A stretch of 64,000 nt of DNA. Origin: Eledone cirrhosa (lineage: Eukaryota). Each line of letters starts with the position of its first letter. Within the stretch, counting starts at the first letter, position 1. The translations under genes were made by a program, and so were the position numbers. The DNA lies in NCBI GenBank assembly GCA_964016885.1, contig OZ024742.1, forward strand, positions 233,182,001 through 233,246,000, in the 5' to 3' direction. The notes beneath the pieces were generated by a model. The model searched no databases, was not told the origin of the DNA, and saw only the letters and a program-made list of their open reading frames with translations. Below are positions 25,376-38,467 of the stretch, piece by piece.

Positions 25376-27082
25376 AACTTAGCACTGAAGTGGTATTTTT
25401 TTTATGGATCTCGAAAGGATGAAAGGCAAAGTTGACATCGGCGGGATCAACGAGCCAGAACGAATACCCGCAAAGCTACCACCCGACGTTCTAAGACTAC
25501 CAATTCGCCTTTTCTTTTACTGTTAAGATGAAAGAAAACTATATTTCATATGCTGCTGGGGAAGGGGATATTTCAATAAATTGAGGTTTTATTGTATTTG
25601 GTGTTCACTATAACAGCCTTTAATATCATTAACGAAATCCATACCACTGGCAATTTTGAGTTATTTGCTTTAAGTCTTACTTTATGCAAATTACCTCTGA
25701 CCAAAACTATACATAACACTTTCTACATTATTTACTGATCTGTAGATTTTATTAGACTGTATCATGCTGCGTACCTCAAATAAACCGAAACATATATCCA
25801 CAATTGTCTCTTGCTTATCCATCTTAATTTTGAGCGAGGGGAAAGTCGATTAAATTTACCCCAGTGTGTTAGTGGTACTTTATTTTATATACCCCGTAAG
25901 AGTGAAAAGCAAAGCAGACCTCGGTGGGATTTGAACTCAGAATGTAATAATGTTAAATAACTCGAGAAATCTAATCTTCAGAGCCACCCAAATCCCCATT
26001 AGGCTTTTGTTTATATTCAACCGACAGAGAAATTTTAATAGAAGCATTTATTGAGTTCGGCATTCATTACATCAGTTTTAACTTAATACACACACACGTG
26101 TGTGTGAAGGGGTGTATAAAAACATTAAAGGAACACTTCTTAAACTGATAGATAGAAAAATAGATATGTTAATACCTATCCTTGTTCTTATATATATATA
26201 TATATATATATATCGCAAACCACAAGGTGCATTCATTAAGATGTTTTGACTTGCATCGCAAATTAGTTCAACATTTCGTTATTTCCAACTACTGTAACTC
26301 GAATTTTTAATATAATAGGTTTTACTGCGATCAGTTCGTAACTATGGGTGTTTGCATGCTGCATGTTCGTAACCCGGTGACTATATCTAATGTATTGTCA
26401 TAGTAAACGATGAAAAGAGGAAATATAGAATTCGAAGGATTAGTGATTAATATTGAGTTAACAGTACGGATCAACACTTAATATTTTTTATTGTCTGTTT
26501 TGATGTTTTATTGTTATGAGGAAGAGGATGTAAGTACCAGTAATATATTGGGATATATTCCATGGACTGTGAAACGAAATCAGTTATTGCTTCAATGTTT
26601 AAATGTTTGGGATAAGTGGCTGTTAATAAGATTATAATTTCTTGTTGAAAACCAACCTCAACTTTGGAGATGAAAATAGATGGAAATTATTTTTAAATAT
26701 TCACATTGATATCACGTTTTAATTAATTTAACTTTTGATTATCAAATACTTAGTATCAGACTGGATACAAACTCTTATTTACGAGGTCATGAAGCAAATA
26801 CTGTAATTCGAAAAGTTATAATCTTATCAGTTATTGTTTGTTTGACGTACTTTTAATGTCTCATCAAATATTATTTTTATACTGTATATATTTAATTTTA
26901 TACTCCAAAGTAATGAAACGTTACATATTGTGATTTTTTTTAATGTCATTTCCACCCCCAAAATGTGTCAACAGATTCCACAAGGATTTCACAAAGAATA
27001 ACATGACAATTTAAAAGAATACTCATAATGCTTAAATGTATTGGCACATTCGTTAAAAAGATATCATTTTCATATTTACTAG

Positions 27083-27158
27083 TGGTTACCTCTCTTCAGC
27101 TTCGGGCTTCCAGAGTCTGCAATTTCGGTTATTAGAAAACAAATTAGGTGTAAAAGAG
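27083..27158 (+). CDS. TDO2: TDO exon: (R)[25 protein letters not shown]
   Basis: tactag|T...GAG|gtaag; hallmark [10 protein letters not shown] motif; phase 2 matches the previous exon. Confidence 0.97.
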
Positions 27159-29076
27159 GTAAGTCCAATTACTGAATTATTGGAAACTATCTATTTATTT
27201 GATGTGATATTTTAATCTAACCTTTTATTTATAGATTTCTATGAATAATGTGTAAGCCAAAAAGCAAAATAAGATATGAATGAAGTTGCTGCACTAAATT
27301 CATTATTTCAACCACAATTATTGACAAAACTGCAGCTCTCAGGTGATGTTAATTAAAAAGAAGGCTCTTGCTACTATCATTTTCACTCCTTTGAAAAACT
27401 TTTTATATTTTGTTTTTAAAATGTATATGCATCATTTTAATTCGACTTCAAAAATGTACCTTATATAAGCAGGTGTAAAAGTTAGGTCTCGTTTGAACAA
27501 GACTCAATGTTTAATGGTGATAATTTTGGCGTATCTTCAATTTTTGTTTTTATAAAGAAAATTGAATCTAAAATGCACCTTACAGCATAGAGGACGTTTA
27601 AGTAAATATTTTATTAAAAATTATTCATAGCATAATAATAAAAAAAAAAAAAATGAGAGGGGAAGTAATAGAGAGATGTAGAGAAATAATCAAACCCAGG
27701 ACTTGGCTGACCCATTTCTTTTATCGGGATAGAAAGGATAACATGCAAAGTTGACCTCGGTGGGATTTGAACGCAGAGCGCAGAGAGCCGGAAGGAATAG
27801 CTTAGAGTATTCTATCTGATGTTCTAGTCACCGCCTACACATCTACTTGTAACTAATATTAAACATAGAGTAGTGATATGTCAGAAATGACCAGACAAAA
27901 CTTTTTGTGATCTTAAGTTACACCCATTTACATTCATAGTTGAAAACCAACCTCTGCTGTATAAAATAAATAACACCCAGTGACGTCTCGTAATCAAATA
28001 TCAGTCGTATTTACAACTGCTGTTAATATCAAACCACAAGTAGTGCAATCATAGAAAAAGAATAATGTATGACTAAAATATTTGCGACAAATTACATTCA
28101 TAACAGTCAGAGCTATTTGTATTTTTAATTTGTGAATATAACGGAAACTTTTATGCAAACATCCATAGTATCCTTCTCTCTCATGTTACTAGAAATATTA
28201 AAAAAAAAACGTCATTCACCTAATATTTCTAAATCTTTTTGACCTTGTAGCTTGTCGAAAGAAAGCCTTACGTTGCTAGAAAAAAATTCCATTTTATTTT
28301 TACTGCGTTCACGCGCGCGCGCATACACACTGACAGACAGACAGAGAGAAGTGAAAATGGAAAATCCGAACGTGAAAAAAAGTGATTGGGAAAAAGATAT
28401 GTGGTAATGGTTTAGTGGATAAGATGTTCACATCGTGAGTTCGATTCCTGGAATGGGCGGCGTGTTGTGTTCTTGAGCAAACCGTTCTGTTTCACGTTAT
28501 TCCTGTCCATTCAGCTGTAATTTAAAGGACCAGCCTTGTTATACATTGTCACATTGAATTTCCATGAGAACTACGTTACGGGCTCACGTTTATATGGAAT
28601 GCTCAGCCACTTACAGGATAATTTTACGAGCAAACAGTTCCGTAGATTGAATCAACTGAAAACGACTAAGGTCCAACAACATATAACGCTATTGTGAAAT
28701 TTATATAGGCTGATGAGTTTTACAACGGAGCAAGAATTCCAATAACTTGTTTCAATGAATGCTTTATTGAAGGTTACCATTGGTAATACATGGCCTTGAC
28801 AGGGGCGGTGGAAGCATTTCTGAATTGGTGGTGTGTGTGTGAGTGGGGGGTGCCATGCCCGCCCCCCTCTGTTACAGCGCCCCTGATTAGGTCAAAAGTT
28901 AACAGACCTTCTGACAGCACTCTGTCATTCAGCCTTATACAATTGCTGCTGACACTTTGAGTGTCTTTCGCAATTACAGTCAATAAATATGTCAGTCATT
29001 GAGTAAACCAGGTTTGTTCTTCCCAGCCAGTGTATTTACACATAGGCACTTATATGTAGCTCTATCATAGGATATA

Positions 29077-29402
29077 CAGTGTACCCCCGGCATTCGCGGT
29101 CCTGGTTATTCGAGGAATTTTCCTTAGAACCTAACTAATAATTGTTCGTGGAAACCACCGCATATTCGCGGAACCGTAAATATCTTCCGCGATTTTTTAA
29201 TGGTTTTTTTGTGGCAATATATATTTTTTCATGCTTTTTAACGCTAAATTATTAATAACAATATACAGTATTTGCTGGCCTATATTTTACGTTATATTTT
29301 GACATTTATAGGCATTTTTATAGACCACGTCCGATATTCGCGTTTTTTCACTCTTCGCAGTGTTCTAGGAACGTAACCCTCGCGAATACCGGGGGACAAC
29401 TG
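29077..29402. mobile_element. Tc1/mariner (Tigger/pogo-like) MITE
   Basis: TIRs CAGTGTACCCCCGGCATTCGCG and CGCGAATACCGGGGGACAACTG, flanked by TA. Confidence 0.8.
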
Positions 29403-30892
29403 TAGTGAAAAATTCGGGAAAGGCCATTCACAATTTGTACACTAAAATTTTACAATGTTAACACTTGCTTCTTAACTATTATATTATAAGTATTCTTAAT
29501 CTAAACAGATTTGTGGTTTAGTCAATCAATCAAGTTCCTGTAACTTGTACAGCCATATAATCGTGTTTCTATCCAGGCATTTCAATGGGCCTTAGAAATA
29601 CATGGTGCCCACCTCGTTTCTAAGATAGTTTAGTACTTATTTTCTATCTTAATTTTTAAATTTTATCACTCGTCGACACCCCGGACACACGTTTGCTTCA
29701 GTTTTATTATTTCCGAATTTAGTTACTTTTTTTTTTTCGGGTTTTATTACGCGTGAACAGATTTTTTGTTGAATAAATTAATTTCAATGATGACAATGAA
29801 TCAAATATGGATGGTACTTGTAATGGTTGTAACACCTATAATGCCGTTGGTATTGGTTCGAAAAGTGTGGTATGCTAGAAAAATAAAGACTATTTCTTAG
29901 TCTGATGTATTTAATAGGGAGAAGTACAACCGTGCCCTATGCGTTTTGAAAAACCAGGTGATGGTTTCAAATACACATTCATAGACTCCCAAAAGATCCT
30001 TATTTATGTAAGAAAACCCGTTAAAATTTTCAAAAGGTTCATGATTGGTCAAATAATTCAAGTTATTTACACCGGAACAAATGGCATATTTTTTAATACA
30101 CCGAATCAATTCACATGTATTCCCCTGGGACTAATGCAGTAGATGCGCCCACCGCCATTAAACAACACATTAAGACATGTATATTTTTTTAAATATAATT
30201 AGCAGCAAAACCCCCCTACGGTTCGTTTTCTGCTAGCATGTGTAGTGTGCATATTGATACATTTAAAAAAGACGATATTATATATAAACTGCATATATAA
30301 TAAACTAAAATGTTATGAAAACTAAAAAGGAGAAAATTGGCGACGGAAATATAAACCTTATATAACGATGCAAATATATGAACGTTTATATAAGCGATGT
30401 GATAAGTGTTATGATATAACGGACGCTAACCGGAAGTGTTGACATTTGAAAATTTCAAAGAAATGAATCTTAAAATAAGCAATACTTTATATATAAGAAT
30501 ATTTATGTTTAATCAAGAGCTACGAAATTTAGTTGATAAATTACATAATATTCATTCATTATTTAATCAAAGTAATCCAACTTATTTTACTAACGGCATA
30601 AACATATATAAAACGGACGCTGTCCCGCACTCATCCCTTTATTATATTATAGATAGTTTAAAATGCTAACAATGAAACACTTTAAACACTTTATTCGGTG
30701 TACCAAAAAAGAAAAAAAATAATAATAATAATAATAAATAAATAAATAAACGTTAAAAACCGCTGGTCTAATATAGTAATTCAGGTTTTGTTCATTGTTT
30801 TATTCTTGTTAGAATACATTTTATTCAGAAATTTTGACTACTTTGTCTTACAGTGTTCGTATTTATTGATTTTTTACGTATATATTTTTCAG

Positions 30893-31006
30893 AGCAACCG
30901 GGTTAAGTATAACCAACAACATTACCTAAATGTATTTAATGATGAAGAATCTGTAAAAATGCTTCAAGATTCCTTGAATAGTCCTTCTCTCTTCAAAATG
31001 GTTGAG
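30893..31006 (+). CDS. TDO2: TDO exon: SNRVKYNQQHYLNVFNDEESVKMLQDSLNSPSLFKMVE
   Basis: tttcag|...GAG|gtaatt; 114 nt; aligns to the RVxYNxxHY...L...VE segment of TDO. Confidence 0.93.
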
Positions 31007-31714
31007 GTAATTGTCTTTTTGTTCACAGCATTTTTAGTTTAAGTGTGGGTATATTGGTTGTTGCTTAGTTAGATTTACATTGATAAAACGCCCTTAGCTT
31101 GTTTCTTTAAGTATAATAACTTTTCACTATACCCTGAAATTAGAGAAGAGGTAACACATGATTGGGTTACCTCTATATTTTTCTTAAGGCTATAACAACC
31201 GAGAAGAATCATCCTACTGGAAATTTCCATCTAGTCTGTGAGGTTCACCAAAGTAATAGTAGCAAGTATCCAACTTTAACCAGGTTGAAGGAAAACTTTA
31301 AAGTCTACCTCGGTGGTTTGCCCTCGCTCTCACCATAAGAGATAAAATGATTAGAATGCGTTTGCAGGATGAAAATGCTGCTGCTATTATTATCATGGCG
31401 TGGGACAGCCCGAATAGCCAATAAAGAAATTATTAATAGCTCCAGAAGGGTGGTGTATTGCCAGTATAAATAGAGTGTTGGACGAAATACTTTGCGGTAT
31501 TTGGTTACGATTTTATATGTTTTCAGTTCAAATCCCACCGGTCAACTTTGCCTTTCTTATTTCTGGGGGTCGATAAAATAAAGTATCAGTTAAGTTTTGG
31601 ATCGATATAATCAAATTTCCTCCTCCCCCAAATTGCTGGCCTTGTGCTAATACTAGAAAGAATTATTAATATTGCATGTTTTACTTTTCTGACCTAATTA
31701 CTTGTTTCTTTCAG

Positions 31715-31825
31715 GGGTGGTTAGAAAGAACACCAGGTTTAGAAAAGGATGGTTTTAATTTTTGGAAAAAATATGAAGAGGCAGTAGAAACCTGGTTGGA
31801 CGTATCACTTCGGAAACCAGCATTG
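31715..31825 (+). CDS. TDO2: TDO exon: [37 protein letters not shown]
   Basis: tttcag|...TTG|gtaag; hallmark [14 protein letters not shown] motif. Confidence 0.97.
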
Positions 31826-31964
31826 GTAAGTTGGTTGTTATTAGTATAATATTGTTGTTGGATCTCCGAAGTTTACGTATGTAGCCGTCAGTGTTGTTGG
31901 GAGTATCGTATATTTTGACGGCCTCCTCATGAGCTTAAGTTAGTATATATATATATATATATAG

Positions 31965-33002
31965 GTGTTAAGGTGCAAGTTAGTTGCGTCCGTAGGCGGT
32001 ATGCCGGGTGAGTACTCGATGCGCTTAGAGAGAAGAGTATCAATAGTATTAATATAAAGGAACAAAGAATCAGTGTTGCATCATATACGTAATTAATTAC
32101 ATATTACATATGTTTCATTGTCGATCAGCTCGAGGAACGATCTATTAATGATCGAACCTGACTCTGGAATCGGAAACTCCTCAGATATGTTTTAATATGT
32201 AGGCGCTCGGGCCCGTACTCGTGACGATCCCCTCGCTCGGGCCCTTACTCGCGACGATCCCCTTGCTCGGGCCCTTACTCGTGACGATCCCCTCGCTCGG
32301 GCCCTTACTCGCGACGATCCCCTCGCTCGGGCCCGTACTCGCGACGATCCCCTCGCTCGGGCCCTTACTCGCGACGATCCCCTCGCTCGGGCCCTTACTC
32401 GTGACGATCCCCTCGCTCGGGCCCTTACTCGCGACGATCCCCTCGCTCGGGCCCGTACTCGCGACGATCCCCTCGCTCGGGCCCTTACTCGCGACGATCC
32501 CCTCGCTCGGGCCCTTACTCGCGACGATCCCCTCGCTCGGGCCCTTACTCGCGACGATCCCCTCGCTCGGGCCCTTACTCGTGACGATCCCCTCGCTCGG
32601 GCCCGTACTCGCGACGATCCCCTCGCTCGGGCCCGTACTCGCGACGATCCCCTCGCTCGGGCCCTTACTCGCGACGATCCCCTCGCTCGGGCCCTTACTC
32701 GCGACGATCCCCTCGCTCGGGCCCTTACTCGCGAACGGAAAGAATAATCAAAATGAGAACAGCCGGGATGTTTGAACACACAAGATATATCTGAAGAACC
32801 TTCGAATGCAGAGTCGGGTTCAATCTGTAACAGATCCTGCCTCGAGCTGATCGACGGAGAAACATATGTAATATGTTAAATTGTGGTTTGATGCATTACT
32901 GACTCCTCGTTCTTTATACTAGTATACTCTGCTTTGCACGAGCATCGAGTGCTCAACCGGCATACCGCCTATGGAATCATTTACCTGCAACCCTACAGCA
33001 AC
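31965..33002. mobile_element. Foldback/MITE-like element with ~225-bp imperfect TIRs, inserted in (TA)n
   Basis: 31965-32190 is the diverged reverse complement of 32785-33002 (e.g. GGCGGTATGCCGG / CCGGCATACCGCC; CATATGTTTC..GTCGATCAGCTCGAGG / CCTCGAGCTGATCGAC..GAAACATATG). Confidence 0.8.
32204..32733 (+). repeat. 30-bp GC/CpG-rich tandem array, ~17.7 copies
   Basis: Unit CGCTCGGGCCCTTACTCGCGACGATCCCCT with few variants. Confidence 0.98.
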
Positions 33003-33134
33003 TATATATATATATATATTTATACAATGGTTTTAAATTTGAAATCCAAAAGCAGAAAATAACTGTAACAACAGTTATAAATAATAGCTTTAAAAAAATC
33101 CTTTAAAATACTCTACTTTTCCTGTTATTTTCAG

Positions 33135-33191
33135 AAAGAGAATGATCCAAAGAAACACGAGATGATGATGGCTGAATATGCAAAGCAGAAG
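33135..33191 (+). CDS. TDO2: TDO exon: KENDPKKHEMMMAEYAKQK
   Basis: tttcag|...AAG|gtttga; 57 nt, phase 0; aligns to the EK...AEF.KQK helix. Confidence 0.85.
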
Positions 33192-33541
33192 GTTTGAAAC
33201 AAGTTGACTTTAGTTTTCATGTATGTATGGATAAACAAATGAAATGTCTCACTTCGTCTAGGGGTAATGCTGATAGTCCAGAAGTGAAAGTCTACCGTAG
33301 ACATGCTTTTATGGGAAAACGTATTATTTGGTTTAACCCACCATGCACAAGCATATGAGGTTGTACTACGATTTATAACCATTAGAAAGGACACACTTAT
33401 AAACTTGTTTTAATTATGCCATATGAGTGAAATTTGGTAGATGGAAGCTGCAGAAATCGGCCATATCTATTATAAATAATAATTTGTGTGTGTTCACATA
33501 ACTTTTTGGTTTCAGCTATGTTTTGTATTTAAGTATTACAG

Positions 33542-34647
33542 CAGAGGTCTCCAACCCTTTTTGCATGAAAGGGCCACATTAACATTCCAAATTTATGAGG
33601 GCCACATATCAGAATTATCCATACTATCAAGACAGTTTACATTTTTATGATGACAGACTGACATTTTAAATTGCCGCATTTTCAATCAAAACTCGTTAGA
33701 CACACGTTTATTTCCGAGAAAATCTTTTGAAGTCTGTCACGTTATCTATATAATAATAAAGGGCGGTGGATTGGCAGTATCGGTAGAGGGTCGGACGCCA
33801 TGCTTTCCAGCATAGTTACGTCCCTTTACGATCTGAGTTCAAATCCCGCCGAGGTTGACTTTGCCTTTCATCCTTACGGGGTCGATAAAATAAAGTACCA
33901 GTAATGTACTGGGTAATTGCTGGCCTTGTGCCTAAAGTAGAAACAGTTATCTATATAATAATAATAATAATAATAATAATGAAAATATTGTGTACAGTGC
34001 TCAGGTGCACTACAACTCATCAAAAAGTGTATGTATAGTACATAGGGTACTGTACAAACGTCAGGAAAATGAACAGTGCATGAGTCATGATATACACATG
34101 TTTGCATGTGTATGGAAGGGGTACATCAGGTGTAGTTTTGGCGAATTTCGGGAAGCATGAGGGTTTTAAAGGATGCAGTGTCTCGGCAGCTAACAGCTGA
34201 CGCAAGCAGTTTGTTCCATGCTGCAGCAACTCTGAGCGTGAAAGGACATATAAAAACACACATACACGTTCTTTGTCCTTTTTTGAAGTTGCGTTGGCTA
34301 CATGTTGAATCCCACCCCCACACACATATGCAGTGTGACGGACAGCTAGAGAGCTAGAAACGGGTTTTATTTTATAATATAGACTACTACTACTACTACT
34401 ACTACCACTACTACCACTACTACTACAACTACTACTACTACTACTACTACTACCACTACTACTACTACTAGTTTCAATTTATATAAAAATTGGCGCAAAT
34501 ATTTAAAACGTAGTAAAAAATCCTGTCATGCAGCTGCTGGCTATGTGCAATCTGGCGGATAATAGCATAATTATCTTGTTCTAAGGGCCGCACCGAACAT
34601 CCTCAAGGGTTGCATGCGGCCCTAGGGCCACAGGTTGGGAATCCCTG
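33542..34647. mobile_element. hAT-type MITE with nested SINE (33762-33948) and CR1 3' fragment (33953-34250, minus strand)
   Basis: TIRs CAGAGGTCTCCAACC and GGTTGGGAATCCCTG; 8-bp TSD TATTACAG/TATTTCAG. Confidence 0.75.
34382..34470 (+). repeat. (CTA)n microsatellite
   Basis: ~29 CTA/CCA units. Confidence 0.95.
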
Positions 34648-34815
34648 TATTTCAGTAAATAAACCGCAAAATCAAATATGTCATTGCAAGTTTGTATAAT
34701 ACAAATTATATATGGATGCGCGCGTACATATATGTATGGCTAAATAGATTGGCAATTTCTCAACCACAGTAGATTTCCACTTGATGGTGAATACCCGTAC
34801 ATGATAAGTTTAACG

Positions 34816-35132
34816 CAGTGATTCCCAACGTGGGGTGCACGCCCTACAGGGGAGCAATTTGAATATTCAAGGGGGCAATTTGAAAATGATGTTAATGAGT
34901 GCAAATTTCAGGTTTTACCTTATTACTTTTATCCCAAGGCACTTTGGAACAAACAACTGTCGGAAACTCCTATCTTACCTGCTCTACACACGTTATTGTG
35001 CATCTGTCATCATCCATACACCAATTGTTTACACTTTGTAGATGATCATTACTGTCTTTATATCAAGTTGGGGAATACAAATGTTTGAGATGTTGAGGTG
35101 GGGCGTGGGGCACAAAAGGTTGGGAACCAGTG
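34816..35132. mobile_element. hAT-type MITE
   Basis: TIRs CAGTGATTCCCAAC and GTTGGGAACCAGTG; TSD GTTTAACG/GTTTCACG. Confidence 0.75.
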
Positions 35133-35214
35133 GTTTCACGTTATAATCACACACATCCCTAAAATCAAAATAAAAATATGGATCCAATGTTTAGGTTGGT
35201 TAAATGGGTTGGGG

Positions 35215-35505
35215 CAGAGGTCCTCAACCACCGGTCCGTGGATCATTTGCTACCGGACCGCAAAGAAATAATTAAACTTGTTTAAAATTATATAATAGAA
35301 AAATGAATATTGGACTTCAATTTAAAAAGATTTACATGAGAGTCAAAAGATTATACACTTTTTCTTCCCTTTAATAAATTGCTCTTTTTATTATCGTTCT
35401 CTTTATCGAAATGCACTTAAATAACACATATGTGCAACTACCGGTCCGCGGAAAGATTGTCCGAATGGAGCCGGTCTATGGTATAAAAAAAGTTGGAGAC
35501 CATTG
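35215..35505. mobile_element. hAT (Charlie-like) MITE
   Basis: CAGAGGTCCTCAACC...AAAAAAGTTGGAGACCATTG; repeated CCGGTCCG motifs; degenerate 8-bp TSD. Confidence 0.7.
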
Positions 35506-35752
35506 CGTTAGGGGACTGGTCTTTGCTCGACTACTGGAGTGGCATTTATCAGACCAATGTGAGTTAGATTTAATACAGAATGTTTAGCGAACGGGTTCAG
35601 ATTGGCTAAGAAGTAAAGATTAACTTTAATTATATTAAATTTTATAAAATCTAGTTTTGACAATATTTACTAACTTGTCCTTTGAAAAACATCAGTTGGG
35701 AGTTGGCTCTAGGTTCCAGCGAACAGAATTGCGAATGTATTACTCTGGAGGA

Positions 35753-35930
35753 TAACTGTTTCTACTTTTGGTACAAGGCCAACAATTTTCCCAGTGTATT
35801 ACTGGTACTTTATTTCGACCCCGTAAGGATGAAAGGCAAAGTTAACCTCGGCGGGATTTGAACTCAGACCGGAAAGGGCGTAACTCTATGCTACAAAGCA
35901 TGACGTCTGACCCTCTACCGATACTGCCAA
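35753..35930 (-). mobile_element. tRNA-derived SINE copy
   Basis: Reverse-complement consensus match. Confidence 0.9.
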
Positions 35931-36177
35931 TGAGGATTACGTTGGACAGTAGTGAAATGGGTAGGGGCTCCAACCCGGGCGATATTTGAGTGTGTGAAAG
36001 TAATATTATAATGGCACACAGAATGAGTCACTGTGCAATATGCTGTATTTTTTTTTTCGTAGGGGCCAGGAGTGGAATACTCAAGGGCTACCCCAGGCTG
36101 CCCACACTCTAGCTACATCACTGATGTGGGAATTAAGTTGAAAGAGCCAGTCCAATTCGTGAGGCTCATATTACTTT

Positions 36178-36336
36178 GGACGCCATGCTTTGATGCATAG
36201 AGTTACAGCCCTTTCCAATCTGAGTTCAAATCCCGCCGAGGTTAACTTTGCCTTTCATCCTTACGGGGTCGATAAAATAAAGTACCAGTAATGCACTGGG
36301 TAATTTGCTGGCCTTGTGCCAAAAGTAGAAACAATT
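36178..36336 (+). mobile_element. tRNA-derived SINE copy (5'-truncated)
   Basis: Consensus match. Confidence 0.9.
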
Positions 36337-37154
36337 ACTTTATAAAAACCACGAAAAACCACGTCGGTTATTTTATATCATGATTGTTACTTACAATGAT
36401 ACGTTGTTCAAACTTTGTTGTTCTCTTCTTCAGATAGATAGGTTGGGCTATTTAATAGTGAAGCGTATTGACTGTAATGATTACAATATATTAGGAATTA
36501 GCACTAACATAGCGTGATTTATAAAAGAGGCGTATATAAAGGTATATACGATATGTTTGTTTTATACATAAAATGTATATAGGCTATAACTTACTATTCT
36601 CGGTATCGAGTGAGTAAACCTCGCCGATGTGGATACAATTCCCAAAAGCATGTGTCTGGCGTGTTCACACGGCTACTGAGATAGCTGTGACATGGTCACA
36701 ACTTAGAATATTCATAGCAAGACTCTTATATGTTTATTTTACATAAACATATCGCACATGCCTTCATAGACATCTTTATAAATATATTGGAGTGCTAACT
36801 TTACATTCTTAGCTAGTTGTCTGGTAAGCCTATCCTCGCCTTCAAGTATAACAAAAGATAATTATTAATGGATTAGATGTTAAGATGGATTATTAGAATT
36901 TAGATCAATCATATAAATTGTACAACAGATAGAAAGGAAAAAATATAATTTCGTTAAACAGGCAGTTTACTGAATGAATGAAACAAGAACATCGAATCAT
37001 AAATATTTCGTGATGCTTTAATAAATGTTTTGGGGTGTTAATTTTGCTATAAGACATCAATTCATACCAAAACCAAATCCAAGTATTAGAATGTATTTCT
37101 TATGTTATATAATAGAAATAAAATTGTTCTCATTTATTTATTTCTATTTTGTAG

Positions 37155-37209
37155 GAAACTTTCGATTCAATATTTTCTGATGAAATTCATTCAAAATATC
37201 TTGAAAGAG
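37155..37209 (+). CDS. TDO2: TDO exon: ETFDSIFSDEIHSKYLER(G)
   Basis: ttgtag|...AGAG|gtaaat; 55 nt, phase 1; aligns to E.F.SxF....H..L..RG. Confidence 0.9.
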
Positions 37210-37399
37210 GTAAATTTATTCCATTTATTTTTATAATATAACCTGCTAAATATCTCCAGTAACTTAATTTTCTTGAATTCTTTAAAACAAATTAAACTGT
37301 TTATCTTTCTTCCTTTCTGTATTTTTTTTAGAATTATAGTAACTTTTCCCTTTCATTTCTTTTTACTCTTGACATTAACCCAATTTCAATCACGCTTCC

Positions 37400-37660
37400 G
37401 AGGCAAATCCGGACACCGTCGCTTGCAACGCAGAAGAGAAGATAATTAAATACCGGGGTCTTGACCGACCGCTTCCTTTTCGTACCGGCCGCTGTCAAGA
37501 CCTCAGGTGTCTTCAGTCCCCGAACTGTAGATTTCCTTCGCAAAATCGTAAAGACTGCATCCCGCTTGAGTAAGGAGTCACGTTAGGTGCAATGGATGTT
37601 ACAGCGGTTGTCGCTGGCCATTCTTCGCTACAATACCTTTGTCATTTTATTCGCGGTGTG
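37400..37660 (+). mobile_element. CRE-like non-LTR 3' fragment
   Basis: AEEKIIKYRGLDR..FVPAAVKTSGVFSP...WMLQRLSLAILR, homologous to 1-290. Confidence 0.6.
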
Positions 37661-38467
37661 CAGCCGAAACACCGCCCAGACTGGTGTGTAGAGCCTCCTG
37701 TCACTCACTCCCCTTCTCAATTTCTTTCGATGCGTAATTCCTTTTTAGCTCAGCCATGATGGTGAAGCGGAAGCATGAACATCATAGAAGAGCCGCAGAA
37801 GCAATTTAAATTATCGGCTCTTCTATGATGTTCATGAGAAAGTCCGGGGGGGGGGGGGGCACTGGGGCGGGGTAAAGATGATACATATTTTATATAAATA
37901 TAGTAAAATAAAAAAAATGTGTAATATTTATTTATACATAGTATATATTATATATAAATTAACGATTTTTATATACTATATATTATTTACAATTTGCGTG
38001 TAAGCAGGTCTCTTTGGAAATAGGGGGGCGGGGCAGAGGGTATTACGTGCCCGTGAGAGGGGCAGTGACACAAACAATTTGAGAACCTCTGCTATAAAGT
38101 AAGGCGGCAAAATGGCAGCCATTAGAACATCGGATAGAATGCTGTGCGGTATTCGTTCCAGCTATTTGCGTTCTCAGGTTTCAAATCACATCTAAGTCGA
38201 TAAAAAGTACCAGTCGAATACTGGACTCGATTCTTTCTCTACATCTCTTTCCCACTCCCGCTCTTCCATTCTCTCTCCTTCTCTGGAAGAAATCGGCTGT
38301 GTTCAAGCCCGAGGAGAGGATTGGCTCCACCAGGGATTAAAATGCTCAAGACACGCTGCATGTTACGACGGTGCCACTACGACTCCACGAGCAGTTACGT
38401 GTCCGTATGCCTGTCTGTTTTTCTGTCCATTCATCCGCACACGTTCAGCTTCACATCTGTTATACTA

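Noticed and set aside
32204-32733. CRISPR-like array
   Set aside because: Contiguous repeats with no unique spacers; eukaryotic context, no cas genes.
32192-32779. 195-aa and 184-aa ORFs as protein-coding genes
   Set aside because: They are open only because the 30-bp repeat lacks stops in those frames; no convincing start context or splice signals.
36490-36805. Old diverged inverted repeat
   Set aside because: Probably an ancient MITE; termini and TSD cannot be defined.
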